From NCBI GenBank assembly GCA_026770705.1, contig JANJGN010000013.1, forward strand, positions 100,998,001 through 101,062,000: a stretch of 64,000 nt of DNA. The letters run 5' to 3'. Positions 43,401 through 55,400 of this stretch are shown one piece after another. Every line of letters begins with the position of its first letter. Position 1 is the stretch's first letter. The notes under the pieces are model-generated. The model did no database searches. It saw only the letters and a program-made list of their open reading frames with translations, and was not told the DNA's origin. The translations under genes were made by a program, and so were the position numbers. This DNA is from Isurus oxyrinchus. Taxonomy: Eukaryota.

Positions 43401-46400
43401 CCAGTAGTAATTTAATAGATTGTCCATTTTCTCTGGTATTTAGGGCCAACACCATTTGGTGGAACTGGAAGGCCAAGAACTTCAGAGACCACCATCAGTG
43501 GTGAGTATTGTTCTTCTCATCATCAGCATGTTAAGTAAAATTTCTGCGATTCGGGTATAAGTATTCTGTAATATTTCGTCTGCTACATTAAGTATAATCT
43601 TTCCTTGTAAACAATCGCTCATTCTTGTCAACAAAAGGCAATGAATTGTTTGTTGCCATTTGTTGACACCATGTCATTCATGATATTCTTGCCTGAAAAG
43701 CAAATGCCTTTTGCAGGCAATTTACTCCAGCAACTGCTCTGCGGTTTAACTGCTTGATTTTGAGAATTGAATTAGTGATAGGAGATTTTGGGTATAACTA
43801 TTTTTCTGTTTCTTACCTTTCTAGTATCATCTCTAACACATTCCTTCAACTGAAGTAAATTCAGTGTGCATTATGTAGGAAAGCGATGCAGCCAGCAGTG
43901 AATTAATATGCTTTATCATTTTCTCTGGTATTTAGGGCCAACACCATTTGGAGGAACAGGGAGACCAACAACTTCAGAGACCTCCATCAGTGGTGGTGAG
44001 AATTGTTCTTCTCCTCATCAGCATGTTAAGTTAATGTTGTGCGATTCGTGTATTAATATTCCGTAATATTTCCTCTGCTACATAGTGCGAACACTAACGA
44101 CAGTGACAGGTGTACTTCCTGCTTCAGAGACCAGCATTTCTGGTGAGTAGAGTTAATTTCAATTGATTAGGTGAAATTATTTCAGAGGGATTTGTGATTT
44201 AGCGCTCTGCAATATGATCTCTGCTGCATAGGACCAACCTAAGCTACAGGGACAGGATTTGCAATGGTTTCAGAAACCAGGATTACTGGTGAGCACATGT
44301 TTTCTCACTGCCATGTGCAGTTTGCCCTGCCAACTGCAGGCAGTCAAGGGTCTTGATGTTTTTGCAAAATTGAAGTTGATGATATGTTGAGTCCAATCAC
44401 ATGGAAATGTCTAAATGAGTGCCAGATGGGTTTTCCACAGTATTATTGGTAATGTTCTTACTTCATAAATGTGCTTCTTTATGCTTTGTTCTGGCAGTGC
44501 TTTCTGATGGTAAAATTGTTAAATGATAATAAATTGTTAACAGTTTGTGTAAGCTTAGGTTCAACTTTTAAGCCACATTTTACAAAATGTGATCACAAAC
44601 ACCTTGTTCCTTTACTTTCCTCACTGCTTATTGATGCATATTTGTTTTGTGATTCAAAGACGTGTTGATTAAAGAGGTATGAGAATTGTGATTGTTATCA
44701 GTTATAGTTGATATCTGGCATTGTCACGTATTTCTTTTGGTCGAGGACGGAGCAGTTAAGTAAGCTTGTTGAATTGATGGGTGTCAGTCCGATGTGTCAT
44801 TGTTGGATGAGTGATTGTGTTGTTGGCATTATCTTTCTATTAGCAAACGATACGGATAATGAAGACGGCCCAAAATTTCTTGAGAAATTTAGGAACTGGG
44901 GCCTGACAATTCCATTTGTTTATTCGAAGCAAATATCGAAATTGAAAATTAGCGATTATTTGTTTTTTGCATTTGTACTTTGAAGAACTATCAGGTTGCT
45001 GTTATTAATTTTAGAAACCTAAATGCATTTATTTGAACGAATGATGATGGCAGAAGACATCAGGTTATCTGATGAGTCGAGAAATGCTTGTCTGTCCTGA
45101 GGCCAAGAGGATGTGCTTAAAAGCATCTCAATTGATGAACTGGAAAATGAAAGGATTCTTTTGGGGTGATTTTGGGCAATGAAGAGGCTTCCACGTGAAA
45201 TATGTTTCTGGAAAGACAGAGAACATTATTTTCTCAAAATGGAATACAGCAATGTTTCCATTAGCAAATAATTGGTGAAGTAATGATGAGAAGTGCCATG
45301 TGCTGAGTGGGATTTTAAAATTGCGCCCCTGAAGTTGTTAGAAATATCAATCAGTTTGAAATCATGCAAATTAATTTTGCTTGTTAAGAAGCGCTCAATC
45401 TCGTGAAGAAAAGCAAATGAAGCATTTGCTGGCACCATGTCATTGAGGATACCATTGCCTGTGAATTAAGTGCCTCTAATCGGCAACTTTGTCCAGGATT
45501 TGCTCTGGAAGTTAACCTCTACCTTATTGGAAGGGAATTGCTGCTAGGCTGTTGTATATAATTATTGTTCTATTCCTTATCTTTGTAGAAATAATTGTAA
45601 GTTGCTCCTTCAACTGAACTAGATGATGCGAATATCTCAACATTATCTCAGAAGCCGATGCAGCCAGTAGTGAATTAATAATCTGCCATTTCCTCTGGCA
45701 TTTAGGGCCAACGCCATTTGGAGGAACAGGAAGACCAAGAACTTCAGGGACCACCATCAGTGGTGAGTATGGCTCTTCTCCTCATCAGCATGTTAAGTTA
45801 AATTTCTGTGATTCGGCTATAAGTATTCTGTAATATTTCCTCTGCTATGTTAAATATAATCTTTCCTTGTAAACAACTGCTCATTCTTGTCAACAAAAGA
45901 TTATGAAGCGTTTGTTGACACCCTGTCATTAATGATATTCTTGGCGGAAAACCAAATGCCTTTTGCATGCAACATGCTGCAGCACCTGCTTTGGAGGTTA
46001 ACCGCTAGATTTTGAGAATTGAATTGGTGATAGGAGATTTTGGGAATAATTATTTTTCTGTTTCTTACCTTTGTAGTATCATCTCTAGCTTGCCCCTTCA
46101 ACTGATGTAAATTCAGTGTACATTTTCTAGGAAAGCAATGCAACCAATAGTGACTTAATATGTTGTAGCATTTTCTCTTGTATTTAGGCCGAACACCATT
46201 TGGTGGAACTGGAAGACCAAGAACTTCAGAGACCACCATCAGTGGTGCGTATTGTTCTTCTCCTTATTAGCGTGTTAAGTTAAATTTCTGCGATTTGTGT
46301 ATTAGTACGCTGAAATATTTCCTATGCTACATTTAGTATAATCTTTCCTTGTAAACAATCGTTCATTTTTGTCGACAAAAGACAAAGAAGTGTTTGTTGA

Positions 46401-49400
46401 CACCATGTCATTCATGATATTCTTGCTTGAAAAGCAAATGCCTTTTGCAGGCAACTTGCTCCAGCAACTGCTCTGGAGTTTCGCTGCTAGATTTTGAGAA
46501 TTGAATTAGTCATAAGAGATTTTGGGTGTGATTATTTTTCTGTTTCTTACCTTTCTAGTATCATCTCTAACATGTTCCTTCAACTGAAGTAAATTCAGTG
46601 TACATTATGTAGGAAAGTGATGCAGCCAGCAGTAAATTAATATGCTTTACCATTTTCTCTGGTATTTAGGGCCAACACCATTTGGAGGAACAGGGAGACC
46701 AACAACTTCAGAGACCTCCATCAGTGGTGGTGAGAATTGTTCTTCTCCTCATCAGAATGTTAAGTTAATGTTGTGAGATTCGTGTATTAATATTCTGTTA
46801 TATTTCCTCTGCTACATAGTGCGAACACTAACGACAGTGACAGGTGTACTTCCTGCTTCAGAGACCAGCATTTCTTGTGAGTAGAGCTAATTTCATTTGA
46901 TTAGGTTAAATTATTTCAGAGCGATTTGTGATTTAGTGCTCTGCAGTATGATCTCTGCGAAATAGGACCAACTCCAGCTACAGGGACAGGCATTGGCATG
47001 GTTTCAGAGACCAGGATTACTGGGGTGGACATGTTTTCTCATTGCCATGTGAAGTTTGCCCTGCCAACAGTAGGCAGTCAAGGGTCTTGATGTTTTTGCA
47101 CAATTGAAGTTGATGATATGTTTAGTCCAATCACATGTAAATGTATAAATGAGTGCCAAATGAGGTGCTCCATAGTATTATTGGTAGTCTTCTTACTTCA
47201 TAAATGTGCTTCTTTATGCTTTGTTCTGACAGTGGTTTCTGATGGTAAAATTGTCAAATGATAATAAACTATTAACGCTTTGTGTAAGCTTAGGTACAAT
47301 TGCTGTGCCGCATTTTACAAAATGTGAGCACAAATACCTTGTTCCTTTACTTTCCTCACTGCTTATTGATGCATATTTGTTTTGTGATTCAAAGACGTGT
47401 TGATTAAAGAGGTATGAGAATTGTGATTGTTATCAGTTATAGTTGATATCTGGCATTGTCACGTATTTCTTTTGGTCGAGGACGGAGCAGTTAAGTAAGC
47501 TTGTTGAATTGATGGGTGTCAGTCCGATGTGTCATTGTTGGATGAGTGATTGTGTTGTTGGCATTATCTTTCTATTAGCAAACGATACGGATAATGAAGA
47601 CGGCCCAAAATTTCTTGAGAAATTTAGGAACTGGGGCCTGACAATTCCATTTGTTTATTCGAAGCAAATATTGAAATTGAAAATTAGCGATTATTTGTTT
47701 TTTGCCTTTGTACTTTGAAGAACTATCAGGTTGCTGTTATTAATTTTAGAAACCTAAATGCATTTATTTGAACGAATGATGATGGCAGAAGACATCAGGT
47801 TATCTGATGAGTCGAGAAATGCTTGTCTGTCCTGAGGCCAAGAGGATGTGCTTAAAAGCATCTCAATTGATGAACTGGAAAATGAAAGGATTCTTTTGGG
47901 GTGATTTTGGGCAATGAAGAGGCTTCCACGTGAAATATGTGTTTGGAAAGACAGAGAACATTATTTTCTCAAAATGGAATACAGCAATGTTTCCATTAGC
48001 AAATAATTGGTGAAGTAATGATGAGAAGTGCCATGTGCTGAGTGGGATTTTAAAATTGCGCCCCTGAAGTTGTTAGAAATATCAATCAGTTTGAAATCAT
48101 GCAAATTAATTTTGCTTGTTAAGAAGCGCTCAATCTCGTGAAGAAAAGCAAATGAAGCATTTGCTGGCACCATGTCATTGCCTGTGAATTAAGTGCCTCT
48201 TATCGGCAACTTTGTCCAGGATTTGCTCTGGAAGTTAACCTCTACCTTATTGGAAGGGAATTGCTGCTAGGCTGTTGTATATAATTATTGTTCTATTCCT
48301 TATCTTTGTAGAAATAATTGTAAGTTGCTCCTTCAACTGAACTAGATGATGCGAATATCTCAACATTATCTCAGAAGCCGATGCAGCCAGTAGTGAATTA
48401 ATAATCTGCCATTTCCTCTGGCATTTAGGGCCAACGCCATTTGGAGGAACAGGAAGACCAAGAACTTCAGGGACCACCATCAGTGGTGAGTATGGCTCTT
48501 CTCCTCATCAGCATGTTAAGTTAAATTTCTGTGATTCGGCTATAAGTATTCTGTAATATTTCCTCTGCTATGTTAAATATAATCTTTCCTTGTAAACAAC
48601 TGCTCATTCTTGTCAACAAAAGATTATGAAGCGTTTGTTGACACCCTGTCATTAATGATATTCTTGGCGGAAAACCAAATGCCTTTTGCATGCAACATGC
48701 TGCAGCACCTGCTTTGGAGGTTAACCGCTAGATTTTGAGAATTGAATTGGTGATAGGAGATTTTGGGAATAATTATTTTTCTGTTTCTTACCTTTGTAGT
48801 ATCATCTCTAGCTTGCCCCTTCAACTGATGTAAATTCAGTGTACATTTTCTAGGAAAGCAATGCAACCAATAGTGACTTAATATGTTGTAGCATTTTCTC
48901 TTGTATTTAGGCCGAACACCATTTGGTGGAACTGGAAGACCAAGAACTTCAGAGACCACCATCAGTGGTGCGTATTGTTCTTCTCCTTATTAGCGTGTTA
49001 AGTTAAATTTCTGCGATTTGTGTATTAGTACGCTGAAATATTTCCTATGCTACATTTAGTATAATCTTTCCTTGTAAACAATCGTTCATTTTTGTCGACA
49101 AAAGACAAAGAAGTGTTTGTTGACACCATGTCATTCATGATATTCTTGCTTGAAAAGCAAATGCCTTTTGCAGGCAACTTGCTCCAGCAACTGCTCTGGA
49201 GTTTCGCTGCTAGATTTTGAGAATTGAATTAGTCATAAGAGATTTTGGGTGTGATTATTTTTCTGTTTCTTACCTTTCTAGTATCATCTCTAACATGTTC
49301 CTTCAACTGAAGTAAATTCAGTGTACATTATGTAGGAAAGTGATGCAGCCAGCAGTAAATTAATATGCTTTATCATTTTCTCTGGTATTTAGGGCCAACA

Positions 49401-52400
49401 CCATTTGGAGGAACAGGGAGACCAACAACTTCAGAGACTACCATCAGTAGTGGTGAGAATTGTTCTTCTCCTCATCAGAATGTTAAGTTAATGTTGTGAG
49501 ATTCGTGTATTAATATTCTGTTATATTTCCTCTGCTACATAGTGCGAACACTAACGACAGTGACAGGTGTACTTCCTGCTTCAGAGACCAGCATTTCTTG
49601 TGAGTAGAGCTAATTTCATTTGATTAGGTTAAATTATTTCAGAGCGATTTGTGATTTAGTGCTCTGCAGTATGATCTCTGCGAAATAGGACCAACTCCAG
49701 CTACAGGGACAGGCATTGGCATGGTTTCAGAGACCAGGATTACTGGGGTGGACATGTTTTCTCATTGCCATGTGAAGTTTGCCCTGCCAACAGTAGGCAG
49801 TCAAGGGTCTTGATGTTTTTGCACAATTGAAGTTGATGATATGTTTAGTCCAATCACATGTAAATGTATAAATGAGTGTCAAATGAGGTGCTCCATAGTA
49901 TTATTGGTAGTCTTCTTACTTCATAAATGTGCTTCTTTATGCTTTGTTCTGACAGTGGTTTCTGATGGTAAAATTGTCAAATGATAATAAACTATTAACG
50001 CTTTGTGTAAGCTTAGGTACAATTGCTGTGCCGCATTTTACAAAATGTGAGCACAAATACCTTGTTCCTTTACTTTCCTCACTGCTTATTGATGCATATT
50101 TGTTTTGTGATTAAAGACGTGTTGATTAAAGAGGTATGAGAATTGTGATTGTTGCCAGTTATAGTTGATATCTGGCATTGTCAAGTAATTCTTTTGATCC
50201 AGGACGGATCAGTTAAGTAAGCTTGTTGAATTGATTGGAGTCAGTCCGATGTGTCATTGTTGGATGAGTGATTGTGTTGTTGGCAGTATCTTTGAATTAG
50301 CAAGCGATACGGGTAATGAAGACGGCCCAAAACTTTTTGAGAAATGGAGGAACTGGGGCCTGACAATTCCATTTGTTTTTTCGAAGCAAATATGGAAATT
50401 GAAAATTTGCGATTATTTGCTTTTTTGCATTTATACTTAGAAGAACTATCAGGTTGCTGTTATTAATTTTAGAAACCTAAATGCATTTATTTGAATGAAT
50501 GATGAAAGCCGAAGACATCAGGTTATCTGATGAGTAGAGAAATGCTTGTCTGTCCTGAGGCCAAGAGGATGTGCTTAAAAGCATCTCATTTGATGAACTG
50601 GAAAATGAAAGGATTCTTTTGGGGTGATTTTGGGCAATGATGAGGCTTCCATGTGAAATATGTGTTTGGAAAGACAGAGAACATTATTTTCTCAGAATGG
50701 TATACAGCAAGGTTTCCTTCCATTAGCAAATAATTGGTGAAGTAGTGATGAGAAGTGCCATGTGCTGAGTGGGATTTTTAAATTGCGCCCTTGAAGTTGT
50801 TAGAAATATCAATCAGTTTGAAATCATGCAAATTAATTTTGCCTGTTAAGAAGCGCTCAATCTCGTGAAGAAAAGCAAATGAAGCATTTGCTGACACCAT
50901 GTCCTTGAAGATATCATTGCCTGAAAATTAAGTGCCTTTTATTGGCAACTTGGTCAAGGAATTGCTCTGGAAGTTAACCTCTACCTTTTGGGAAGGGAAT
51001 TGCTGCTAGGCTATGTTGTATATAATTATTGTTCTACTCCTTAACTTTGTAGAAGTAATTGTAAGTTGCTCTTTCAACTGAACTAGATGATGCGAATAGC
51101 TCAACATTATCCCAGCAGCCGAAGCTTTCAGTTGTGAATTAATAACCTGTGCCATTTCCTCTGGCATTTAGGGCCAACGCCATTTGTAGGAACAGGAAGA
51201 CCAAGAACTTCAGAGACCGCTATCAGTGGTGAGTATGGCTCTTCTCCTCATCAGCATGTTAAGTTAAATTTCTGTGATTAGTGTAGAAGTATTCTGTAAT
51301 ATTTCCTCTGCTACGTTAAATATAATCTTTCCTTGTAAACAATCGCTCAATCTTGTCAACAAATGATAATGAATCGTTTGTTGACACCATGTCATTAATG
51401 ATATTCTTGCCGTACAGCAAATGCCTTTTGCAGGCAACTTGCTCCAGCACCTGCTCTGGAGGTTAACTGCTAGATTTTGAGAATTGAATTGGTGATAGGA
51501 GTTTTTGGGTATAATTATTTTTCTGTTTCTTACCTTTGTAGTATCATCTCTAGCTTACTTCTTCAACTGATGTAAATTTAGTGTACATTTTTTAGGAAAG
51601 CGATGCAGCCAGTAGTGAATTAATATATTGTACCATTTTCACTGGTATTTAGGGCCAACACCATTTGGTGGAACTGGAAGACCAAGAACTTCAGAGACCA
51701 CCATCAGTGGTGAGTATTGTTCTTCTCATTATCAGTGTGTTAAGTTAAATTTCTGCAATTTGTGTATTAGTATGCTGAAATATTTCCTCTGCTGCATTAA
51801 GTATAATCTTTCCTTGTAAACAATCGCTCATTCTTGTTGAGAAAAGATAAAGAAGTGATTGTTGACACCATGTCATTCATGATATTCTTGCCTGAAAAGC
51901 AAATGCCTTTTGCAGGCAACTTGCTCCAGCAACTGCTCTGGAGTTTCGCTGCTAGATTTTGAGAATTGAATTAGTCATAAGAGATTTTGGGTGTGATTAT
52001 TTTTCTGTTTCTTACCTTTCTAGTATCATCTCTAACATGTTCCTTCAACTGAAGTAAATTCAGTGTACATTATGTAGGAAAGTGATGCAGCCAGCAGTAA
52101 ATTAATATGCTTTACCATTTTCTCTGGTATTTAGGGCCAACACCAATTGGAGGAACAGGGAGACCAACAACTTCAGAGACCTCCATCAGTGGTGGTGAGA
52201 ATTGTTCTTCTCCTCATCAGAATGTTAAGTTAATGTTGTGAGATTCGTGTATTAATATTCTGTTATATTTCCTCTGCTACATAGTGCGAACACTAACGAC
52301 AGTGACAGGTGTACTTCCTGCTTCAGAGACCAGCATTTCTTGTGAGTAGAGCTAATTTCATTTGATTAGGTTAAATTATTTCAGAGCGATTTGTGATTTA

Positions 52401-55400
52401 GTGCTCTGCAGTATGATCTCTGCGAAATAGGACCAACTCCAGCTACAGGGACAGGCATTGGCATGGTTTCAGAGACCAGGATTACTGGGGTGGACATGTT
52501 TTCTCATTGCCATGTGAAGTTTGCCCTGCCAACAGTAGGCAGTCAAGGGTCTTGATGTTTTTGCACAATTGAAGTTGATGATATGTTTAGTCCAATCACA
52601 TGTAAATGTATAAATGAGTGCCAAATGAGGTGCTCCATAGTATTATTGGTAGTCTTCTTACTTCATAAATGTGCTTCTTTATGCTTTGTTCTGACAGTGG
52701 TTTCTGATGGTAAAATTGTCAAATGATAATAAACTATTAACGCTTTGTGTAAGCTTAGGTACAATTGCTGTGCCGCATTTTACAAAATGTGAGCACAAAT
52801 ACCTTGTTCCTTTACTTTCCTCACTGCTTATTGATGCATATTTGTTTTGTGATTAAAGACTTGTTGATTAAAGAGCTATGAGAATTGTGATTGTTGCCAG
52901 TTATAGTTGATATCTGGCATTGTCAAGTAATTCTTTTGATCCAGGACGGATCAGTTAAGTAAGCTTGTTGAATTGATTGGAGTCAGTCCGATGTGTCATT
53001 GTTGGATGAGTGATTGTGTTGTTGGCAGTATCTTTGAGTTAGCAAGCGATACGGGTAATGAAGACGGCCCAAAACTTTTTGAGAAATGGAGGAACTGGGG
53101 CCTGACAATTCCATTTGTTTTTTCGAAGCAAATATGGAAATTGAAAATTTGCGATTATTTGCTTTTTTGCATTTATACTTAGAAGAACTATCAGGTTGCT
53201 GTTATTAATTTTAGAAACCTAAATGCATTTATTTGAATGAATGATGAAAGCCGAAGACATCAGGTTATCTGATGAGTAGAGAAATGCTTGTCTGTCCTGA
53301 GGCCAAGAGGATGTGCTTAAAAGCATCTCATTTGATGAACTGGAAAATGAAAGGATTCTTTTGGGGTGATTTTGGGCAATGATGAGGCTTCCATGTGAAA
53401 TATGTGTTTGGAAAGACAGAGAACATTATTTTCTCAGAATGGTATACAGCAAGGTTTCCTTCCATTAGCAAATAATTGGTGAAGTAGTGATGAGAAGTGC
53501 CATGTGCTGAGTGGGATTTTTAAATTGCGCCCTTGAAGTTGTTAGAAATATCAATCAGTTTGAAATCATGCAAATTAAGTTTTGCCTGTTAAGAAGCGCT
53601 CAATCTCGTGAAGAAAAGCAAATGAAGCATTTGCTGACACCATGTCCTTGAAGCTATCATTGCCTGAAAATTAAGTGCCTTTTATTGGCAACTTGGTCAA
53701 GGAATTGCTCTGGAAGTTAACCTCTACCTTTTGGGAAGGGAATTGCTGCTAGGCTATGTTGTATATAATTATTGTTCTACTCCTTAACTTTGTAGAAGTA
53801 ATTGTAAGTGGCTCTTTCAACTGAACTAGATGATGCGAATAGCTCAACATTATCCCAGCAGCCGAAGCTTTCAGTTGTGAATTAATAACCTGTGCCATTT
53901 CCTCTGGCATTTAGGGCCAACGCCATTTGTAGGAACAGGAAGACCAAGAACTTCAGAGACCGCTATCAGTGGTGAGTATGGCTCTTCTCCTCATCAGCAT
54001 GTTAAGTTAAATTTCTGTGATTAGTGTAGAAGTATTCTGTAATATTTCCTCTGCTACGTTAAATATAATCTTTCCTTGTAAACAATCGCTCAATCTTGTC
54101 AACAAATGATAATGAATCGTTTGTTGACACCATGTCATTAATGATATTCTTGCCGTACAGCAAATGCCTTTTGCAGGCAACTTGCTCCAGCACCTGCTCT
54201 GGAGGTTAACTGCTAGATTTTGAGAATTGAATTGGTGATAGGAGATTTTGGGTATAATTATTTTTCTGTTTCTTACCTTTGTAGTATCATCTCTAGCTTA
54301 CTACTTCAACTGATGTAAATTTAGTGTACATTTTCTAGGAAAGCAATGCAGCCAGTACTGAATTAATATATTGTACCATTTTCACTGGTATTTAGGGCCA
54401 ACACCATTTGGTGGAAGAGGAAGACCAAGAACTTCAGAGACCACCATCAGTGGTGAGTATTGTTCTTCTCATTATCAGTGTGTTAAGTTAAATTTCTGCA
54501 ATTTGTGTATTAGTATGCTGAAATATTTCCTCTGCTGCATTAAGTATAATCTTTCCTTGTAAACAATCGCTCATTCTTGTTGAGAAAAGATAAAGAAGCG
54601 ATTGTTGACACCATGTCATTCATGATATTCTTGCCTGAAAAGCAAATGCCTTTTGCAGGCAACTTGCTCCAGCAACTGCTCTGGAGTTTAACTGCTAGAT
54701 TTTGAGAATTGAATTAGTGATAAGAAATTCTGGGCATAATTATTTTTCTGTTTCTTACCTTTGTAGTATCATCTCTAGCATACTCCTTCAACTGAAGTAA
54801 ATTCAGTGTACATTATGTAGGAAAGCGATGCAGCCAGCAGTGAATTAATATGCTTTATCATTTTCTCTGGTATTTAGGGCCAACACCATTTGGAGGAACA
54901 GGGAGACCAACAACTTCAGAGACTACCATCAGTGGTGGTGAGAATTGTTCTTCTCCTCATCAGCATGTTAATTAATGTTGTGCGATTCGTCTATTAATAT
55001 TCTGTAATATTTCTTCTGCTACATAGTGCCAACACTAACTACAGTGACAGGTGTACTTCCTGCTTCAGAGACCAGCATTTCTGTTGAGTAGAGCTAATTT
55101 CATTTGATTAGGTGAAATTATTTCAGAGCAATTTGTGATTTAGCGCTCTGCAAAATGATCTCTGCCACATAGGACCAACTCCATCTACAGGGTTAGGCAT
55201 TATCATGGTTTCAGAAACCAGGATTACTGGTGAGCACATGTTTTCTCATTGCCATGTGAAGTTTGCCCTGCCATAGGCAGTCAAGGGTCTTGATGTTTTT
55301 GCAAAATTGAAGTTGATGATATGTTGAGTCCAATCACATGGAAATGTCTAAATGAGTGCCTAATGAGGTGTTCCACAGCATTATTGGTAGTGTTCTTACT

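Larger units (their letters stand above)
30320..45840. repeat. Direct tandem duplication of 7749 bp (three basic units, 14 microexons), two near-identical copies
   Basis: Offset is a constant 7749 (30690/38439, 32949/40698, 35214/42963, 37957/45706). ORF-track translations are identical between the copies. Confidence 0.95.

Noticed and set aside
3114-48962. Recurring - strand ORFs (MVVSEVLGLPVPPNGVGPK..)
   Set aside because: Antisense shadows of the A/B exons running into intron. The splice signals are on the + strand and the ORFs are frameshifted in several copies.
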